A stretch of 64,000 nt of DNA. It comes from Harriotta raleighana. Its lineage: Eukaryota. Of the stretch, positions 36,046 to 50,100 are shown piece after piece. Under the pieces are notes generated by a model, which was given only the letters and a program-made list of their open reading frames with translations, made no database searches and was not told the DNA's origin. The stretch's first letter is position 1; each line of letters starts with the position of its first letter. The stretch is from positions 4,062,456-4,126,455 of the forward strand of contig JBNZDD010013683.1 in the NCBI GenBank assembly GCA_050575255.1, given 5' to 3'. The translations under genes were made by a program, and so were the position numbers.

Positions 36046-38684
36046 GCAGGTCTGTGTGCAAGCTTTTTGCTACTAGGGGAAATCAATTGCGAAACTACTT
36101 CCTCCGAAAATATTTAAACACAGTGAACTTCTGAAGATCGGTTGCGCCCTTTACTCCATTCCCATATCAAAGTACTTCTTGGGAGACGCGCAATCGACAC
36201 AAAAATAATCTTGTGTTAACGTATCCTACCGTTTTATTATCCTCACTGGACCAAGTGTGCATCGAAACCCTGTGGATTGTATTCACGGACATTTTTCATC
36301 CACTCGCAACCGACAGTGTTGCAGCTTTCACGGGGCACCTGTGGATTGCTGCTGATTTATAAACGCTGCATACAGATCTGTAGCCAACTGTAGCTCAGGC
36401 CATGCTTTCTTCACAGTCCAGAAGTTCTTCCTCATGTGAACAGCATCCCACTCTTTCAAGTTATGTTCCACCGTGCAAATGAGCCCAGGCTGAGTTAGCT
36501 CTCAGCTCTACAGATGCAACAGCTAACAGATGCATCTCCTTTGATCTTAGTCCCTTCTCAGCTAACCAAACTACACTGCAATCAGAACAAACACTCTTAA
36601 TTTTCCCCAGGCTTTACTGTAAACATTTCAGAAATTTACAGACTAGTGTGGCACACACGAACACATGAACTGGATTCTCTGAAGACTGAAAACAAGTCAA
36701 TTTCCACCAAGGGCCAATTTAAATACATCAAAGAAGAGCATAACATTAGGCGTTCGAAAGAAACTGCATTGACCAAACAACAAGCATATCAAGCACACGA
36801 TTACAGGCGTTAGGCGCTGGATTATCAAATAGTACTTTGTCTATATTAATACATGCTAGACTTCTAAATCTCCAACCACAGCACCTACAAGGAGACAACT
36901 TTTAACCAGAGGTACCCAGTTGCAAACAGCCTATGAAAGGGGGCAGATATTATGGATATTTGATGGGCAAATTATTTACTTGCTACAGAAATTAAATAAA
37001 TATCTAAAAATATATTTTTTTAATTCATCAATTTCTACCATGTCACAACAAAAAAGGTTGTAGCATCTAGCAATTGTTAATAGGTTATTAGGTATAATAT
37101 CATCCCAAAGTAGGGATAATGAAATTTAGTGTGAAATTTAGTGTTAATTATCTATATTTTGGTCATTAAATAATGACTGAAGCTTTATTGAGTACAACTA
37201 AAGATCTTAGCTAAAACTCAATAGGCAGATGAATTGAAATCCGTGCAATCCCACAATTTCTCTCATCATTTGATGAACAATGATTCAAACAATAAACTCT
37301 CCATTCCAAATCTGCAAACTACCAGAAGTTCAATTGTGAGTGATTTCAGGATTGACTGGCCAAGACACGCGGACTCACATGCAAAATGACTCAACTTTAT
37401 ATCCAAAGTCAAACAATGTTATCTGCCCTCAATAGTAATGAGAACATCCCCTTCTCTAATTAGTTTATGCCTTGAAGTCTGACTACACAACTCCACAAAT
37501 ATTCCTCTCTCCTTAAACCAGTTAGTTCCCTCATCCATGCACCTGACCTTAGGGTCTATGAATCCTTGTAATCGGCCAGAGGAAACGCGTTATAAACCAG
37601 ATCTAATTTTGTTATTTTAACACTTTACAGCTTCAGATCACAACCAAGGTTTTTTGTTCATGCGTTCACTTTCATTCGAAGCTCATCAGTTTCTCAGGAA
37701 AATACAAGGACTAATTGTAGGGAGGGGGATGCAATTCTGCATTCCTCACCTTTGTCACCTCCAGAGAGTCACATTTATACAGTTCATTGCATGTTGCTGC
37801 GGCTGACAGTGCACAAATTACCACTCCTGACACAAAGCTGGACGTGTCCCATTTTAGGATCCAGCTCGGTCATTTCAAAAGATACAACGTGAGAGAATGA
37901 ATCCATCAGCAATCTCACATTTCAGACAGTCTTGAGAGCTGTATCTTCACAAAAACACATTTAGCTGAAGTACTCGCTGAACCTGTCTAATACTGAACCA
38001 TGTTTACAAAAATTTCAGTCGAGTTGATCTGTGCGCTGCGGTCATTGATGGAACCAATCTGGACTCACTCTCAACAGCAAGTTGTAGAGACATGCGATAA
38101 GTCATTGCACACCAGAGTTTCTGCCTTAAAATCCAGCAATTCTGAAGGGACAGAAGGTCTTCTAAACTGAAAATCCCAAAGAAAGCTCAGTATATCTTTC
38201 CCTTAAGTGTCAGTTCTGGGAAGCAAAGTGTTGTTGTGGCTAAAATAAACTGTCCTTTTTTGGATAACTCAAGATTCTTCCTCGCTGCATCAAACGTTCG
38301 CTAAAAGGATCACCATTGTAATATTGAGCTGACGCAATGCAAACACAGCACAGCCTCTGATACATTACCTGATCGTTAAGGCTGAGCAAGGTGCAGCAGG
38401 TCTGTTTGATATACTAGACCACATTTGGGTGATCATTGGCAGACAAATAACCACTCCTGACACAAAGCTGGACATGTCCCTTTTTAGGAAACTGATTTAT
38501 GTCGGTTTCCAAGCAACCTGAACCACTTAACACAACTTCAAAAACCAACACTCTAATCGCAAAACGTATACACTTGCATGAACACTTCTGTATTCAATGA
38601 CATTGATATTCTGTTGCCACAAAGAGTGAGTTTGTCCAGCGACGCGGCATATCCCGCAGGTGAAACTGTGTATAATAAGTACGT

Positions 38685-38999
38685 GGAGTCCTGTAGCTCA
38701 GTGGTTAGAGCACTCGCCTTACAAGCATGAGACATCCAGGCAGGTCAGGGCGAAACCTTGGGCAAGTTTCCTTACTCCACAGGATTTAATAATAATCCCT
38801 CAAAAAAAGCCACAACAAGAAAATTGGTCATTTCAACCCGCGACTGTTTGTGGGGACTCCGCTGTGTGAAACTGGCTGCCGCGTTTCGCTCACAAGCATA
38901 CAGTCAATTTACTTTATAGTACATTCGGTGAAGTGCTTTGAGACGTCTAGAAGATGTAAGAAGCACTATATCAAATGCAAGGATTATGAATATTATTAT
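38685..38999 (+). mobile_element. Full-length tRNA-derived SINE (B box deleted)
   Basis: GGAGTCCTGTAGCTCAGTGGTTAGAGCACTCGCCTTACAAGC...ggctgccgcgtttcgc...aagcactatatcaaatgcaaggattat. Confidence 0.93.
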
Positions 39000-39811
39000 A
39001 ATGGTGTGTTAAGTACAAGTGCAAAGCCTTCAAGAATTTAGAGCTCGATTTTTCTACTTCAAGCAGGTGCAAAGTGAGCAGATTGGTGTAGGGTACCCAT
39101 GAAGCATTATTCTGACAACCCAGCGAGAAGCACAGAGAGTGAAAGTGTAATGCCAATGATATTCAGTCATGATTGGATCATGTCTCAGTGGCCATTTTCG
39201 AAGGGGAGTACAAAAAAACTGGACAGATACCAGCAAAGTAATTCCTGCTGCCATTTCAATTTAAAAAAATAATAATTTACCTTCCTGCGACGTTCATTCA
39301 CACGGAGCTGACGAGGAGAGATGAAAATGGATGCAGTCTAGTTTCTTTAGCATCGGTTCTTGGACAAAATGCTTTGTTAGGGAGGTGCAGGAATTGCAGT
39401 CAAAATTGTTTTGCATGCAGGTTGATATCACGACAAACAAGATAAAACTCTGGGAGGTGCTCTTAAATGACTTTTAACTTCACACCCAGAGCAAAGTTCA
39501 CTTTTTGAGCTGACTTTATTTGGCCACCAGTAAATTTCCACTGGTTAGAAAAGTGTTAGCTGGTTGGTGGCTAAGTGCAAACTGAGTGAACACAAGAAAT
39601 CAGTCGGGGTTCCTCTTCCTGATTGTTCTGCTCGTAAAGTTTGAAGACCTGCTGATAATCTGTGTTCCTGCTCACCGTCAAACAGCCTGACAATGCTTAC
39701 AGCCTGAGCTCACATACAGAAAGGCCATTAGAAGATTACTTCATTATGAGTCAGCAAATACAATAGTGGCAAAATCTGACCTCCCAAATAAAACCGAGAG
39801 GGAACATTATA

Positions 39812-40142
39812 AACAATAAGAATCCTTGCACGTGATATAGCGCTTTTCACATCTTATCGACGCCTCAAAGCATTTCACAGAATATACTGTAAAGTGAATT
39901 GAATGTATAATTGTGGGAGAAACGCGGCAGCCAATTGCGCACAGCAGCGTCCCACAAACAGTCGTGAATTGAAAATGACCAATTTTTATTATTGTGGGTT
40001 TTTTCGGGAGGGATTACTATTAGGCGTGTGTGTGTGTGGAGTAAGGAAACTTGCCCAAGGTTTCTCTGTCATCTGCCTGGATTCGAACACAGGTCTCATG
40101 CCTGTAAGACGAGCGCTCTAACCGCTGAGCTACAGGAGCTCC
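39812..40142 (-). mobile_element. Full-length tRNA-derived SINE
   Basis: A box and GTTCGAATCC B box on the minus strand, plus core and tail. Confidence 0.93.
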
Positions 40143-43023
40143 ACATCAACTGATATCACCACAACAGCTGGCGATCATTTCCTCAAGATGTACCACTACA
40201 ATATCTGCTGTGGTGTAGGTTTTCAAGGTGTGTGTGTTTGGAGTCTCCCCATCCCTCCAAATTGCACAAGTAACCTTCATCTTTCTCCTTCTTTAAGAGC
40301 TGGCTTTTAATGGGCTACTTTGTCCTGGGCTACTGTGCAGTGGAGAAGAGGTTGTCTGCTACCCGAGCATCAGCCTAGATAGATTCCACAGAGGAATACA
40401 TCCTGAAGTCATCTGATGGCAAAGGCCTTTTCACCACTTCATCAGTAGGTCAATGATACAACCTTGTTAGCTCTAGACTCGACATAAATCTCGCAGAAGG
40501 GTATTTCCTGGAAAAGGCCAAAATGTGCACGGGCACAGAAGCAGCAGCAGAGGAGCGATATTGCAATACATAAAGACTCATTCTTCGCTGGTCTAATACT
40601 GAAACAATTTTGTCCCGATGGTTGTTCCATAAATTGTAGCTGAGACCAAAACAACCATTGTACTCTTTTGTGAGGACGCTCTGCTTAAAGGGTAATGCAT
40701 TCAAAAAATCAGCAGGTGGCGTTTGTTATTATGTAAAGCATTACAAGACACGAGATTGAGGTTTTATTAACTAACGCCTACACTGGAACTCAGAGCAGCA
40801 TAGTTGGAATAAATGTGCATTAATCCCACAGCAAATATTGTAGGCCAACTGTTTGCACGTTGAAACGCAACAAAGTCCCAAGTCTCAGAGCACAAAGCAA
40901 AGTGCTGTCTTGCTTCATGCAACAAACAGTATCTTAATGCCATTTTATGGGCTGAAAAATTGTTTCCAAGTAAAATCGGTTTCAAATTGAGGTCAATTGG
41001 ATCGATTCCAAAGTTTTGGAGTTCTCTCGGTTTAAGACCTATTTTGAGTTGGGCGCTTGCAGGCAGTTAAAATGGAAAGGCATCTACAGGAATTTGGGGC
41101 ATTGACGCGACAGTTCCAATAATGGAAAGCTAATCGAGGAATTTGAACTTCGAACCTGCAGGGTTTTGAATGAATTGAATTAATTAATAGTGGTTAAAAA
41201 AAAAATCATACTTGTATAGAGTATCATATACCTCAGTAAATCTATTGATATTCTGGTTAACAAATATCAGGGATGATATCATTCTAAAGCACTTTCATAA
41301 ATACACCGCAGACAAAAATCTTGCATTCTGAAAGCAAATTCAATGCATTGAATGTTAAACCAATTATAGAATCACAGGCTTTGAAACCCAATTACCTCTG
41401 CCATTTCGATACAGGTCACTGCCATTGGCTGTGTGAAGATTCAGCCACAAAGGTAAGGATAGCGGCGATTACTCAAACATTTGCAGCGTTTCACTGATCA
41501 AAGTCAGAGCATTTCAAAGCTAATCTGCCAGAAATGTTTTGATACGAATTACTGAAAACTACGGATTCAATTTGTCGTTGCATTAGTGGTCAAGCTAGCC
41601 TGGTTAAAAATTATATTGGGACATTGCAAGGAGTTTGGATGAAGAACTCCCTTCAGCTCTTATGATCTCATCCTTCCAGAATACCCCTCTACTGTCTTCA
41701 CATTACTATGGTTTGTTAAATGAGTCCAGTTGCCCGACCCCCAACACCTTTTCTGCTAACCCTTTCTAGGTGTTCAAAAATAATTGCAGTTTTGAAACTG
41801 ATTTTGGACTGGATATTTATGTCACTCTCTCTTCTGATCATTATCCACTGACCTCTGCTGGAAAGTGTATGTTTCTACTTGTGATCATCTCAGTGCCTCA
41901 GACACTGTTTTAAACCATACCTCACCTTCGCAAGAGTGGAGAAAATTGGCAATTATTTTCACTGAGCTTTGTTTTTTTGGAACTACATCTTCAGAAGACA
42001 AAGGAGTACTGTATTTCAAAATGAGCAATAAGTGGGAGGGAAATACAAAAAAAACTGCAGTTTGGCATCAAAACCCAAATCAATTCATTAACAAAATGGT
42101 TAAAAAAAAAGTTTTGTTTCAACAAAAACATACACTTGACGGATTTCATTTTGGCGGACAGTTAGAACAATTGGGAACTTTTATTCTCCTGTGGTGAATT
42201 GCTATATTATGACACAGGCTCTGGCAAGGAATAAGAACTGTTTCATAATTGTGTGATGGCTTGAGAACCACTCGAATGTGTGCCATAGGTTCCCAAGTTA
42301 ATATAATTGCTGAAACACGCTCACTAAAGGGTTTGCTAACGATTTAAAATGTGCAAGTTCCCCAGTGATATGGAAAGTTCAACGTGGTATCACTCGTATG
42401 CCTGGCCCAGTTGTTGAGTACCTTTTGAGAGTTTGTTCTCTCCCCGGCCAAAAAGACCTTTTTTGTGGTGCACTGAAAACCATCAAAGAAAACAGGGCAT
42501 CCTGATAGCACAGCACGTTATCAGTACACTCGATGTGCTGCATGCGTTACATCACAAAGTGGTTTGAAACCCCTGCAATTCCTCACACAGTGAGCAGCCT
42601 GATCACAGCTGGCTCATTGGGAAATGTGCCAAGTGGAGCGAGCGAAGAACAAAGAGGAGGCAGCTCACTCCGCACCACTCAGTGCTCACACTCTCCCTGT
42701 AGCCAGTTCAAATGCTGGGCTGGCCTGCAAAGCCCTGGGAACAGGTTGCCTATCTATCCCTTTCAATAACAAATTAAAAATCTGAGAAGGGGGTCATCGA
42801 CCCCCCACTCCCCATCTATAAAACCGTGTGTACATTTGTAGAGAGAGAAGGAACCTACTGGATTGTGAATATAAAAAATAGATTAGGCAAATTGGGGAAA
42901 GGAGAAACAAGAGATAGTAAACTTTGTTAAGAGAGCTTAATTTGTAAATGAACCAGGTTTTCAGGCCTTTGCTGTCGGACGTTTTGGTGTATGATTAGAT
43001 TTAGCAGTCGAAGACCTGCATAT

Positions 43024-43335
43024 GGAGTTCTGTAGCTCAGTGGTTAGAGCACTTGCTTCACAAGTGAGAGACCTATATTTGATTCCCAGCAGGGCAAAAC
43101 ACTGGGCAAGTTTCCTTACTCTACACGCCTGATAATAATCCCTCAAGACAAAAACAATAAGAAATTGGTCACTTCAATCCACGACTGTTTGTGTGACATC
43201 TAATGTGCGCAATTGGCTGCCGCCAATTCCCCCCAGGAATATACAGTCAATTCACTTTACAGTATATTTTGCATAGCGCTTTGAGACGTCTAGAAGATGT
43301 GAAAAGCGCTGGTCAAATACAAGCATTACCATTAT
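43024..43335 (+). mobile_element. Full-length tRNA-derived SINE
   Basis: GGAGTTCTGTAGCTCAGTGGTTAGAGCAC...gtgcgcaattggctgccgc...gcgctttgagacgtctagaagatgtgaaaagcgct. Confidence 0.92.
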
Positions 43336-44186
43336 ACCATATAAATGATGGTTGGGATCCTCACATTGCAACCCAACAGCTGCTCAAAGACAGTTTACCC
43401 AAGAAATAAACAGTGCAAAAGAACGGGATTCCTGCAGCAAAAGTGGCAAGAAGGATCTAACTAGGCAACCTCTGGTGGAGGGCTCAATCTGAGGCTCCAA
43501 GAAAAGGATTAAGGCCAATTACTATTACTCTCGTTACTTCTAAACAGTTGAAACAGCTGTTCTGCCTAACCTGACAATAAAACTGTAATTAGGTTATATT
43601 CAAATAATTCTGCTATCTGTTTGGTTTGGCTTTACAATCTGCTGAGAAAAATTGCTTATTAGTCCATAGATCCTTGTCAATCTAATTCTGGGCTTTTGTT
43701 AATCATCATTGAGTTAACCTTTTGGAATTACAAGAGACATCTGGCATAGGGCAAACGTCCCTCATGTTTTATGGTCACTATTTTTGAATATAGAGAAGGA
43801 AGACTAATCCAATTGCCGGAACCACATTACGATCACAGCATGATCAAGAGAGAATTGTTTGTGTCTCCAGTGGACAACCTTGAGCTGCAATAGTGGAGTT
43901 TGTGCAACAGGCCGTTCCAGGGTTTGGGTTAGGACACAATTTGCTTGAAAATTCCCTTGTAAAGCAACACGTATTCTCAGCAGCAAAACAACAAGTGCAC
44001 GCAAACACAAGACAATCCATTAGTCAATCAGGGTGGAAGTTTGGGTGTATGAATGGCATCAGTGATGCTTTCATAAAAACTGCCGCTTCATTAACTCCTC
44101 TATTGCGACAGGAATCTAATCACTGACAATTCAGTGGGATCTCAAGTCAATTTGTCACTCATTGAATATTTTTGAACAAAATTTTG

Positions 44187-44500
44187 AATAATAATCTTTG
44201 CATTTGATATAGCGCTTTTCACGTCTTCTAGGTATCTCAAAGCGCTTCACAGAATCCACTGTAAAGTGAATCGACTGTATATTTGTGTACAAAACGCGGG
44301 AGCCAATTGCGCACAGCAGTGTCCCACAAACAGTCTTGGATTGAAATGACCAATTTTATTATGATGGGTTTTTTGAAGGGATTATTATTAAGCGTGTGGA
44401 GTAAGGAAACTCACCCAAGGTTTCGCCATGACATACCTGGATTCGAAACACAGGTCTCACGCTTGAAAGGCGAGCGCTCTAACCACTGAGCTGCAGGACT
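44187..44500 (-). mobile_element. Full-length tRNA-derived SINE
   Basis: Collinear with the other full-length copies over about 310 nt. Confidence 0.93.
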
Positions 44501-44898
44501 GCAGTTAAAAGGTACAATACAGCAAGCGATTAAAAACAAATAAGACTGGGTCTTCTAACGATGCCTCTCTGTCTGTCTCTTGAATACACTTGAGAAACAG
44601 ACCCTGCATACAATGCATTTTGCAGTGGATCAGTGAACAGCATATATACACTACGCGCTACAGGTTGCAGGCATTGAGTACCAGAGGAGGCACTCGCTGA
44701 CCAGGTCTCTGTTACTTCCTTCGTCTTCAATTTGAGGAGTTGGGAGTTTTGCTCACTTTACTGCAATGCTTAATGTGCACAGTTGATGTGCAGCATTGTG
44801 CAGTACAACTGGGCAAATACCCCGGACACCTTTTAACAGTTAAAATGGGCACAGTCGAGATACTACGGATATTAACTTGCAATTCTGTACTTCCCAAA

Positions 44899-45296
44899 CA
44901 GGCGGCCCTCTATTTATCACTGTTATTGTTTATTTGTTTTAAGTGTCCGATAATTTTACGAGTGCAATTTTCCAAAGCAAAGTGTTAACCCAAATTTTCG
45001 CAGACCAACCAATGAAACTGAAAGATAGAGGATCTGTTTTACAGAATTATTACACTTGTTTCGAAAGATTTAGCGTGCCAGCAGCAATTGCGCATTTAAT
45101 AAAGCATTCATAATTCATAAACGAGTTTTCATGTTATTTGCTCCTGATAAAAGTAGCGTTAATGTGGTAACCCTCATACTTGTCTCCCACAGCGCATACC
45201 AGCAGACGGTGCGGCAATTCATTAGTTTACTCACTTGCAAAATTATCGGACATAAAACAAATAAACAATAACAATGATAAATAGAGGGGCTTTCTG
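44899..45296. mobile_element. MITE with about 60-bp terminal inverted repeats (Tigger/pogo-like ends)
   Basis: Left arm CAGGCGGCCCTCTATTTATCACTGTTATTGTTTATTTGTTTTAAGTGTCCGATAATTTTACGAGTG; reverse complement of right arm CAGAAAGCCCCTCTATTTATCATTGTTATTGTTTATTTGTTTTATGTCCGATAATTTTGCAAGTG. TA target duplication is not intact. Confidence 0.8.
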
Positions 45297-47035
45297 TTCA
45301 ATGAGTATTTCTACTGAACAGTTTGTAGCACTTTTATCTCGGCTCCACTTCACATGAAGAGACTAAGCCACTTACCAGCTTCATCATAGTATTATTCTGC
45401 TCCCAACTCCACAGCATTGTGCTCATCATCTGTCTACCTGCTGCAGAGGTAGAGTCACAGCGAATCCCAGCCACTGATGAAAATGCCATTAAAAATCCAA
45501 GCTGCCCCACTTTCGAAAAGTGTCCGATGAATGTAAATAAAGATCACGTCCCCGTCTCAGTTTCTGGAGTCCTGAGCAGAAAGTCATTTCCAATCTGAGC
45601 TTTGTTAACTGTACTGTGCTGAGCCACTAACAAGCGCAGTCTTCTCTCTGCCTGCCAACCAACCAAAGCAATGTTGAGAGGAGAAGCACACAAGCAGTTA
45701 TTTGGTTGTTGGGCTTTAGGAGGGAAGTCAAGGCACAGAACATACCCCTCCCCCTCAGCAACCAGAGAGGCTGTTAAGATTGGGTGTCCTGAGTTCATTG
45801 GGGCTGTCCTTTCTCTTGAAAGGATCTTGCTTTGAAACAGATCAAGGAAACCACCTCAATTACCTCAGATTCAATTACAGTAAAAGAGGACTGCGTTCAA
45901 ACAGCACATGCCAAACAATGCTGAGGTTGGCTTCAGAAAATAAGCCAGTGTTTTAAAAAGGGAACAAAGCCAATGTATTTTACCAGAGACCACAAGAATC
46001 TTGTTCCTGACATCCCGAATTAAGTCAAACGTCAAATGGAATCGAGAAAGGGCTCTGGTTTGACCCTCACATGTGTGCACCTCAACGCCAAAAATCACCC
46101 CAGCCAAAAATCAGTCAGGCAATGTTTGAGTTCAGCGTTCAAAAGAGGTCACAGCCTCTCCTTAATGATTTTCGTAGGCAACTGATCGATGGGTCCTTGT
46201 GTTTGCAGGAAGAGCTTTAAAACTGAATGAATGTATTCCTGCGGAGAATACTCCATACAGCTTAAGCACAGCAAGCAAGGGAGATATTTTAACGCCATTG
46301 TTAAAAGTGCATTGTAAGGTTCACACTAACTGCAGAATGCATTGACAACTCTTTCTCTGATAAACCGAGAAACCCTACGGGCAGAGCTCCCCTGAGTTGT
46401 AAAGTCACTTTCTGCCAAAAGGAATGCTGTGAACTCAGTTCCAACGATGATGAAGGCAAACTGTGTGGAAGACTATTACTCGTCATTTCTGTGAATTCCA
46501 TCGGAGTTATTCACCACCCAACAAAAGGCACGTGTACAATTATGTCCTCGTGGGATATCATTCCTCTGCCACCACCAACCAGTCGGATGACAGACTCAAA
46601 CTGCAAGGAAAATGAGAGGAAGCAGATGGCTGAATTGTATGAATGAATCTGAAGTACATGGTGATCGCCATCACAAAGACTGTTACCGGCAAACAGGCAG
46701 GACGTCCGTTCAGAAACAATCCATTGTTTTAATAAGAACACAAACGCATTTGCTATACCCAGTGTCAGGGCAAAACAGTATCTTTTTTTTAAGATCTGGC
46801 CTAATAACAAAACCCAGCATTTTTAGTGAGAATTATCAATGCAAAAGTAGGTTTAAAATCTCCCTGTATTTCCAAAGTGTTCCAAGCAGCGTGAGAAAAC
46901 ACAGATCCAGAAAAGATCATCACATCCATCTATAGCGCTCCTACTTTCACTTTCTAATGCGTTTCCAACATTCCAGTTCTGCTGCAAACTCTGCTGCGTT
47001 TGTAGGTGATCTATGACTGTTATATAAATAGTATT

Positions 47036-47356
47036 GGCAGCTTGTGTAGCTCAGTGGCGAGAGCACTTGCCTTACAAGCATGACCTGCGTTCGAATCCAG
47101 GCAGATCAGGGTGAAACCTTGGGCAAGTTTCCTTACTCCACACGGCTAATAATAATCCCTCCAAAATAAACCACAATAATAAGATTGCTCATTTCAATCC
47201 ATGACTGTTTGTGTGGGACACTGCTGTGCGCAATCGGCTACCACGTTTTGCCCACAAATATACAGTCAATTCAACTTTACAGTGATGCGCTTTGAGACAT
47301 GGATAATATGTGAAAAGCGCTTTATCGAAATGCAAGGATTATTATTCTTATTTATT
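47036..47356 (+). mobile_element. Full-length tRNA-derived SINE
   Basis: GTAGCTCAGTGGCGAGAGCAC...GTTCGAATCCAGGCAGATCAGGG...gtgaaaagcgctttatcgaaatgcaaggattattatt. Confidence 0.93.
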
Positions 47357-47569
47357 TGATTTTGTTTATTACTGCGTCAAAAATTCTCAAAACAGCTCAT
47401 ATAACGAGTTATCATCTGAAGTGGAGTGACTGTCCTAATCCAGGTAATGATAGCTGGAGAATGCTGCATAACAAAACTTCAGCTTCCTTCCCCTCAATTC
47501 TCTTCCTCTCCCTATCTCTCTCTTTTCTTTCCTCTCAGCATATTTTTGCCCCCAACTCTTTCCATTGAT

Positions 47570-47790
47570 GTCCTGCCTGTCTGTACTGATGGATGTTAAA
47601 GATGTCACTGTTTGAAGAGAATGGTGTTCTGGCCAACAACCCCCAGAACAATCATTCTTTCACTTCATGGCTGTTTGTGTGACTTTGTTTATACTAATAG
47701 CTGTCAAGGTGCCTGCAAACAGTAATTAAGTCAATAATCCATTATCTGCAAAGGTACTTTGACTTGATAAGGTGTTAAAACATGCAAGTT
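47570..47790 (+). mobile_element. Highly decayed Deu-domain SINE
   Basis: ctgcctgt...gatggatgttaaagat...tttgaagagaatggtgttctggccaac...ggctgtttgtg matches the order of the Deu core. Confidence 0.5.
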
Positions 47791-50100
47791 GCACTGATAC
47801 CTTTAGCACAACCTCCAGCAACAGCATTGTGTCATTGGTTGAACATAACTTGCTGTTTTACGTCCAATTAATTGTTGGTAGTCAATCAATCAGTGTCATT
47901 TCATGAGAAATAAAAAGCTCCTCAACCTTTTACATTTAAAGGGAAAAAAGTATTGATCAGTAATTAGAATGAGTCCGTGGGGAAGACATGAAAGCAATAT
48001 AGTAATTTCAAGCAGTCTTTTATTGGCCAATTAATAAAATGATTTCATGTTCATTTTCATGCGCTATTTACTTTATTGGCGATGTTCCCTGATTTGACTA
48101 CTGTTTTACCAAACAAGTTGCACTCTCTTGTCAAGCAGACATCAATCTCCTCTCTACACATGTTAGATGGATACATACCTAAATAAATCAAGTCTAGGGA
48201 TGGAAGAAGGAAAAAAAAACAATTAAACTTTAAACTAACTACCACGGGTCCGGACCAGCTTTGGGGTTTTCCTAAACTCACCCTATTCCTTTAGTGCTGC
48301 CAAATTAGTTCCTGAATCCTTGCCATTTCCTTGGATGGGGCTGCTTGTGCCAAGATGCTATCAGTGTTGGTCTGGGATTGAGCTGCCAGGAGGCATACTT
48401 ACTTCACTGGTGCGTGAAGGCAATCTTATCCTCTTTCCGTTCCTATTTGAGGCAACTCAACTGAGACTGGCAAAACACCGTGTTATCTTCAGTGCTTTTG
48501 ATTGTTCTAAATTGAGAAATTTGTTTCGGCATTAGCGTTTTCCACTGGAGTTTCAGCATTGAGGCAAAGAAACACACCCTTTGCAAAAGCATAGGTATGA
48601 ATGGAAAGCGCAGATCAAAGTATTACCAAACTGCTGTCAGTCAGGACTCGTCTGGATTAATTGCAAGATTAAGCTCGAGGCACAAGGATTGCATTCATGT
48701 GCACATTCAATCCATAAAAGTGAAAGGACCTGCAAACTGTGTGATTGACGGTTCGATTTACTTTTTGTCACCCTTTCTCTCAACACCATAGACTTCAGCT
48801 TTATCCTGACTGCTTCACCCACCAATGCTTCCTTGTTAAAACCAAATAAATATTGTACAACCCATTATATACACAGTATATACAATATATATTTTATATA
48901 TTGCAACATCAATGGATGAGACATTAAATTCATGAATATTTGTTCCAACTATCCTAAAGATTTCATAAAAGATAAGATCTGTTATTTCTTAAAACAATTA
49001 TTCAAGTTTAAATGGCCATAATTGTTAAAAGGAGAGGTTGATTTGGAGATGGATTGTAAATATATGACAAGTCCTGAAGAGGTCACAAGAAGGATTCTTT
49101 TCAATACGTTTCTGCAGTTGACAATATCACCTTTTCTGTACGATCGATTTATCTATCAACAAAAATCAACTGTTTACTCCCCCAATGGAGAATCCAGCTC
49201 ATTTCATAAATTGATTGTAGCTGTTTTTGCAGCAGAAAATAAAGGTCCTTTATCTAATCCTACCAAACATCATTCGCCAGTGCGGTCACAGTTGCCTACA
49301 ACATTTCAGATTCTTCTTATATTATCTCGTGTTGAATATCTGCCCTTCGTGCACCCTGCCCCATCTCCCAAGAATTAATGATTAATGGAATTCCCTTCAT
49401 CCAGTTTGCCTAAACCTTGAAGAACATACAGTGGCTATATTACACCCATTATTACGATGTTGTTTAGAAGTAGATGTGGAATAAAGGTTCAATTTAAAGA
49501 GGCTGATTCAATCAGACCAATCATATGAAATCACAGCTGGGTGAGTTTTCCTCCATGTTTCATGTGAAACTCCACAGGAGACAATTAGTTGGTCTGCTAT
49601 TTGTTTTTCATAACCACTTACAAAAGATTTGCATCAGGCACGCTATGTGTAATGACAGAGAGTAGGTTTGTGAACTTTTGAAATAACTGTGAAGTGAGCA
49701 CATCTACTTGGGCCAAAACATGCAACCTCTGTTAAAGCTACAAGCTCTTCCAAAATATCACACCAAAAACACGAATCTCTACCCACTGTGCACTCATTCT
49801 GGCAGAGTGGTATGTATGGAACAAAGAGGCCAGTCACGTACGGAGGTGGTCTTGGTTAAATAAATAATTGTTCCTGTTCCTCTTTTGGGTCTCCTCATGC
49901 AATACATATTTCCAAAATTTCTAAAACTACTCAAAATGCTCATCTGTAACTGGCCACTCGGAGGTGTGAGAGAACAGCCTGGTTAACCTGTCCTTCAACT
50001 CTCCATTCTTTCTTCACCTTTGTAGAGCCTGAAATTAGAAACTCGCTATGTGACGAAACGTCAATACAGACCTTTGCTCCCGACGTGTGTTTATAGTGTG

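Noticed and set aside
38685-38760. SINE heads as genuine tRNA-Val(TAC) genes
   Set aside because: Each continues into SINE body and tail rather than ending in a poly-T terminator, the acceptor and T stems are disrupted, and the copies are diverged from one another.
39270-39420. Possible alternative first coding exon (minus-strand AAG|gtaaat donor near 39280)
   Set aside because: The frame that would join exon 2 hits a TAG about 55 nt upstream with no ATG in between, and there is no similarity to NAV2 N-termini I know.
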